The translations under genes were made by a program, and so were the position numbers. The notes below the pieces were generated by a model. It was not told where the DNA came from, made no database searches, and saw nothing but the letters and a program-made list of their open reading frames with translations. Below are positions 59,500 to 64,000 of a stretch of DNA of 64,000 bases, piece by piece; position 1 is the first letter of the stretch; each line of letters begins with the position of its first letter. Origin of the DNA: Candidatus Multivoradales bacterium. GTDB taxonomy: Bacteria > Acidobacteriota > Thermoanaerobaculia > Multivoradales > JAHEKO01. The DNA is taken from assembly GCA_965223855.1 (NCBI GenBank), contig CBDCXM010000002.1, positions 128,001 to 192,000 of the forward strand, given 5' to 3'.

Positions 59500-61554
59500 T
59501 CAGGAGTTGCCGTCGATGATGCGCGGGACCTGCCGGCAGTTGTAGCAGGCGAGCGCGAAGTCCTGATCGGTCGGGTCACCGTTGCCGGGGACGCCGTCCG
59601 AGTTGATGTTGGCGGCGGTGACACGCAGGGTCAGCGGCCGGCTGGGGCCGGGGGCTAGGAACACGCCTTCGGTGTTGTTGGCGCCGTCGGCGCTCCCGCC
59701 GGTCGTCGAGAGACCGTTCGAGGCGAAGTGGTTGCCGCGGAAGGTCGAACCGCCATCGATCACCGTCAGATCGAGGTCGTTGTTCCAGGCCGGCGTCGCT
59801 CCGCCGAGTCCGTGACCGGGAGCGTCGGTCCATACGAGCATGATGTCGACCGGTCGACCCGGGTCATCAGCCTCGATGGTCGTCTGCCATTGCTGGCCGG
59901 TCGCCTGCAGCAGCGCGCTCTGATCCCAGAGCAGCACGCCCTCCTGAGGGTCGAGGACTCGCTCGAGGTCCATCCGGCCCCATCCCTGACGGCTGTCGAA
60001 CGGGTGGCCGAGAGTGCCTCCGTCGGCGTCGTCGTGTCCCGCGAGGTCACGCGCCGCGGCCAGGAAGGTGGCCTTGACGAGGGCCGGGCTCGGGTCCGCG
60101 CCGTCGTAATGTCCGCGATGGCGTTCGATGAAGAGCGCCACCGCTCCGGAAACCTGGGGCGACGCCATGCTCGTGCCACACAGCAGTCCGTAGCTGTTGG
60201 TCGGATAGGTGGCATCGACCCGGCACCCCGGCGCGACGAGATCCGGGAGGTGCCTGCCGTCGAGCGCCGGCCCGTGCGCCGAGTTGGCGGAGAGATCGTC
60301 GATGTTCGGATCCTGCGCGCCGCTCGAGTACTGCATCTTCGTCGAGCCGACACCGAAGAGGTTTTTCGCCTCGTCGGGAGTTCCCTGCGTGCTGGTGCCT
60401 CCGTTGCCGTTCATGATCGACAACACGTAGGTGAACTGCTGGTTCCCGGCGACCGTGTTGTCGGCGTCGCGGACTCCGATGTCCACCTGCATGGTGTGGT
60501 TGTCGTAGCCACGCGGCGAACCGGCCGGGCCCCAGCTGTTGCCCGACAGCAGCGCGCCGTTCTGCCACGACTGACGCATCAGTTTGAGCATGCCTCCGGC
60601 CTGGGTGTAGTGACCGCTGTAGCGCTGTTCGATCAGATTCGCCCCGGGCGCGACCCCGAGGCCACGCAGGAAGCCGCTCGAGTCGGTGACCCCGCTCGTG
60701 CCGTCACCCGCCATGATGCCGGCGGTATGGGTGCCGTGGCCGCTGCTCGTCGTGCTGCAGGTGTCGCCGACGCATGGCAGGAAACGATTCACGAGGTCCG
60801 GGTGCGAGTCCTGCACGCCGCCGTCGACGTTGGCGATCGTCACACCGCTGCCGTCGAGGCCGACCGAGGTCAGCCAGTTCCAGTAGCCGGCGAAGGCGAA
60901 GTTGGAGCCGTTGACGTTGTTGACGTTGACCTGGCTGCTCATCTCCGAGCGCAGCCCGCCGTCGGTCGGCGTCGGCTGGATGGTGTAGGTGCCGCTAAGG
61001 CTCGCCGCCTCCGACAGCAGGTCCGGTCTCAGCTCGAAGCGCACCTCGAGGAAGCGATCATCGATCCACGCGCTGTCGAGAATCCTCGCGCCCAGCTTGT
61101 GGAGCGCCTCGATCGTCAGGTCGAGGCGATCGTGCCGATAGAAGAGCCCGTGATACGACTGCACTCCGTCACCGCCACGCCAGCGGGGGAGTACGCGAAA
61201 GTCGGGGTAGAAGGGCCCGCTCCAGCGGATCCGCTCGGAGTGCCGGCGTGCCGACTCGACGGCGCTCGCGTCTCCCCAGACAATGTAGCTGAACGGATGG
61301 ATGTACTGGACGATCTCCAGCCTGTTGCGCAGCAGATCCTCCCGGGAGGCGTCGTCGATCGGCCCCAGGAACTGAACGAGGTGGAGGTCCGCGCCGGGCG
61401 AGGTCCGGAACCAGGAATCCGACAGGGGCTCGCCGGCGGGCGGTCCGGCGAGAGGGTCGAACGATCGATCGCCCAGGTGGAGGGTGTAGTCGTCCGCCGA
61501 GACGGCGACGACCGCCAGGAAAGCGAGGAGGCAGAGAATGGCGTGACGTTTCAT
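59500..61554 (-). CDS. Secreted S8 subtilase
   Basis: D (NVDGG), HGTHTAG and GTSMASP catalytic triad; C-terminal LVWTD..NNDLDL domain. Confidence 0.95.
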   Translation of the reverse strand: MKRHAILCLLAFLAVVAVSADDYTLHLGDRSFDPLAGPPAGEPLSDSWFRTSPGADLHLVQFLGPIDDASREDLLRNRLEIVQYIHPFSYIVWGDASAVESARRHSERIRWSGPFYPDFRVLPRWRGGDGVQSYHGLFYRHDRLDLTIEALHKLGARILDSAWIDDRFLEVRFELRPDLLSEAASLSGTYTIQPTPTDGGLRSEMSSQVNVNNVNGSNFAFAGYWNWLTSVGLDGSGVTIANVDGGVQDSHPDLVNRFLPCVGDTCSTTSSGHGTHTAGIMAGDGTSGVTDSSGFLRGLGVAPGANLIEQRYSGHYTQAGGMLKLMRQSWQNGALLSGNSWGPAGSPRGYDNHTMQVDIGVRDADNTVAGNQQFTYVLSIMNGNGGTSTQGTPDEAKNLFGVGSTKMQYSSGAQDPNIDDLSANSAHGPALDGRHLPDLVAPGCRVDATYPTNSYGLLCGTSMASPQVSGAVALFIERHRGHYDGADPSPALVKATFLAAARDLAGHDDADGGTLGHPFDSRQGWGRMDLERVLDPQEGVLLWDQSALLQATGQQWQTTIEADDPGRPVDIMLVWTDAPGHGLGGATPAWNNDLDLTVIDGGSTFRGNHFASNGLSTTGGSADGANNTEGVFLAPGPSRPLTLRVTAANINSDGVPGNGDPTDQDFALACYNCRQVPRIIDGNS

Positions 61555-61669
61555 GGGACCCCCGAAAGCACGGAACGGCAGACGGCCACCGGAACACCGA
61601 TGGAGCGAGCGCCCGAGAGGCGCCGGAATTATAGCGCAGCGAGCGACAATAAACGTCGCAATCGGTCGA

Positions 61670-62677
61670 TCACGGGTGGATCAGACGCGCGAAACTCGCC
61701 GGATCGATGTTGGCGCCGCAGACGACGAGCCCGACTCGCCGTCCGGCCAGCCGTTCTCGCAGCGGCCCCCACAAGGCGGCCGTGGACGCTGCGGTGGCGG
61801 GCTCCCCTGCAAGCTTGAGCTCGGTCAGGAGGAGCCGCATTGCCGCCACCAGCGAGTCGTCGGTGACGAGCACCAGTTCGTCGATGTAGCGGCGGCACAG
61901 CGCGAACGAGTACGGCGCGGCGTGGGGCGCTCCCAGGCTGTCGGCGACGGTGTTGACGCTTTCGATGCGCTGCGGGCTTCCAGCTTCGAAGCTGCGATGC
62001 ATCGAGTCGGCACCCTGCGGCTCGACGCCGAACACCCGGCACGAAGGCTGCAACGCCTTGACGGCGGTCGCCACGCCGGCGGCGAGACCGCCGCCTCCGA
62101 CCGGAACGATCACTGCGTCGAGGTCGGGGACCTGCTCGGCGAACTCGAGGCCGACGGTCGCCGTGCCGAGGACGGTCAACGGCCCCTCGAACGGATGGAC
62201 GAAGGCGCGCCCCTCGTCGCGTTCGATCGCTTGAACGATGTCGAATGCGCTGTGCACGTCGGGCGCCTTGACCACCTCCGCTCCGAACGCGCGACACGCT
62301 TCGACACGAGCCGGATTGGCGGACTCGATCATGACGACCTTAGCCGTGGTGCCGAGCTCGCGGGCGGCGTAGGCGACGGCGATCGCGTGATTGCCGGCGC
62401 TCACCGCCGTCACGCCGCGCCCGAGCTGGTCGTCGTCCAGTACCAGCATGTTGAGGAGGGCGCCCCTCGGCTTGAAGGTGCCGGCAAACTGGAACAGCTC
62501 GAGTTTGAGGAACACCTCGGTATCGCTGCCGAGATGGCGCTCGATCTCGAGCCCGCGCCACCGCCATGCGGGCGTCGTGCGGATCCGTGCACCGAGCCTG
62601 ACGCGAGCCTCGCGGATGGCGTCGAGGTCGGGCGGCTCGATGTGGGCGGCTTCGGGACTCGTCTCTTCGAACTTCAG
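61670..62677 (-). CDS. PLP-dependent threonine/serine dehydratase (serine racemase-like)
   Basis: KLELFQ..GTFKPRG, SAGNHA, VGGGGL, CGANID; probable CTG start at 62677. Confidence 0.9.
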   Translation of the reverse strand: MKFEETSPEAAHIEPPDLDAIREARVRLGARIRTTPAWRWRGLEIERHLGSDTEVFLKLELFQFAGTFKPRGALLNMLVLDDDQLGRGVTAVSAGNHAIAVAYAARELGTTAKVVMIESANPARVEACRAFGAEVVKAPDVHSAFDIVQAIERDEGRAFVHPFEGPLTVLGTATVGLEFAEQVPDLDAVIVPVGGGGLAAGVATAVKALQPSCRVFGVEPQGADSMHRSFEAGSPQRIESVNTVADSLGAPHAAPYSFALCRRYIDELVLVTDDSLVAAMRLLLTELKLAGEPATAASTAALWGPLRERLAGRRVGLVVCGANIDPASFARLIHP

Positions 62678-62802
62678 TGGCGGGGCCTCCGCGCAGATTC
62701 TCGCACGGCGGCCCCGCCGGTAGAGGGGGCGTGACGCCGGCGGGTCGCGCCGGCAGCCGCCTCTCTGGGACTCCTTGGCGGGAGGACGATTCGCCGGGGA
62801 GG

Positions 62803-63654
62803 CTATTCGCCCGGCACCCCCGGAAGGCCGGCGCAGTCGGTCTCCTCGCCGTTGACGACGCACTCGCAGTCACCGTCGCTGCAGGTGACCTTCACCTCGC
62901 ACTCGTCGGCGCCGCCGCAGTCGAAGTCGCCGAAGGCGGCACCCGCATCGCAGTCGTCGCCGTCACAGTCGAGCTGGAGCACCTTGACGCCGTCCCCGTC
63001 TCCGAAGCGCATCACGTGGTGTTGGCCGTGGGCTCCGGGTCCGATGCGGATCGACTTGCCTTCGCCGTTGCGGAACATGTGCTGCAACCCGTGGCCGTGG
63101 AACGCCATCTTCCGCTCGCGTTCCTCGATCGTCGCCGTCCGCTGCTCGACCTGGCCGTCACGCCAGATCTCGAGAGCCGCGACGTGCCCCTCTTCCAGCT
63201 TCCCTACGGCTCGCGCGAGGCCTACGCTGCTGGTCACGCTCTCCCCGTCGAGCAGGGTGATGATGTCGCCGGCCTCGAGACCGGCTCGCTGGGCGGGACT
63301 GTCGTCTACGACCTTGCCGACCATGACACCGACGTCGGACGGCACGCCGAAGTGTTCTCGGAGCTCCGAGGTCAGATCGGTGAGCTGGACGCCGAGGTAG
63401 CCTGCGGTGCCACCGAAACCGCCGAGGAGTTCGCCGAAGCTCTCTCCGTTCCACTCGAACTCGCCGTCGCCGAGGACCATGACCTCCGCCGGCTCACAGT
63501 CGCCGTCGTCGCAGTGAGTCTTCGTCTCGATCCGGACGACTCTCCTGCCGGAGTCGTCGGCGATCGCGAGGGGGGTCAGGGGCGTCAGTCCAGCCGCGAC
63601 GAACAGCAGGAGCGCGGCGGGGACGAGTGGCAGCCGTCTCTCGTTGGGGTTCAT
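62803..63654 (-). CDS. Secreted PDZ-domain protein with Cys-rich acidic segments
   Basis: Signal peptide; GYLGVQL..LT.ELR.HFG, SPA.RAGL.AGDII; no protease domain visible. Confidence 0.85.
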   Translation of the reverse strand: MNPNERRLPLVPAALLLFVAAGLTPLTPLAIADDSGRRVVRIETKTHCDDGDCEPAEVMVLGDGEFEWNGESFGELLGGFGGTAGYLGVQLTDLTSELREHFGVPSDVGVMVGKVVDDSPAQRAGLEAGDIITLLDGESVTSSVGLARAVGKLEEGHVAALEIWRDGQVEQRTATIEERERKMAFHGHGLQHMFRNGEGKSIRIGPGAHGQHHVMRFGDGDGVKVLQLDCDGDDCDAGAAFGDFDCGGADECEVKVTCSDGDCECVVNGEETDCAGLPGVPGE

Positions 63655-63783
63655 GCGTGATTCCTCCATCGTTGTTGGGTTTCACAGGAGTGCGAGGGAG
63701 ACGCGCTCCGGTCTTTCAATCGAGTAACGCCCGAGTGTCCAAGCGGTTCCGGCGCCGAAGAGCGCGTCGGATAGTCTCTCCCG

Positions 63784-64000
63784 ATGACGCGCCGCCCCCA
63801 ACCCTGGTATCAGGACGGATTGCGATTCGCCTGCACCCGTTGCGGCGCGTGCTGCAAGGGGGAGGGCTTCGTCTGGGTCGACGAACGGGAAGTGAGCGAG
63901 CTGGCCGACTCCATGAGGCTGTCGGTCGACGACTTCGGCCGGCGATTCCTGCGGCAGGTCGGCTCACGCCTCGCACTGATCGACGGGCCCGACGGAGCCT
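63784..64000 (+). CDS. YkgJ-family cysteine cluster protein (3'-truncated; absent from the ORF track)
   Basis: My translation from ATG 63784: MTRRPQPWYQDGLRFACTRCGACCKGEGFVWV..., open to the window end. Confidence 0.85.
   Translation, partial: MTRRPQPWYQDGLRFACTRCGACCKGEGFVWVDEREVSELADSMRLSVDDFGRRFLRQVGSRLALIDGPDGA

Noticed and set aside
60173-60181. GTGCCACAC core of the motif in the subtilase gene
   Set aside because: Only 9 nt, and it lies within the conserved CGTSMA active-site codons; consistent with chance.

Overview
High-GC bacterial chromosomal window that is almost fully coding (about 51 CDS). The lineage is inferred to be Acidobacteriota (Thermoanaerobaculia-like) from the C-terminal F-x-DGFE-x-GDTSAWS tails and the GspG-like pilin. 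Contents in order: alpha-2-macroglobulin + PBP1C; large secreted multidomain redox proteins; three GT-C glycosyltransferases; a K+ channel; a LytS/LytTR pair; a tubulin-tyrosine-ligase-like/PqqD(RRE) fusion with a Glu-rich Tat-signal partner; a complete Na+-NQR operon (nqrABCDEF-apbE-nqrM); a RAYT-type HUH transposase; fhs; and several hydrolases. I recognised no rRNA, tRNA or CRISPR array. Main findings: (1) The 15-mer AGGTGCCACACGAAT occurs five times exactly within about 7 kb upstream of the HUH transposase. One copy occupies conserved apbE codons in register with no indel. (2) A putative RiPP-like TTL-RRE peptide-ligation system. (3) A shared C-terminal tail on unrelated secreted proteins. 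All family assignments come from motif recognition, not database searches.
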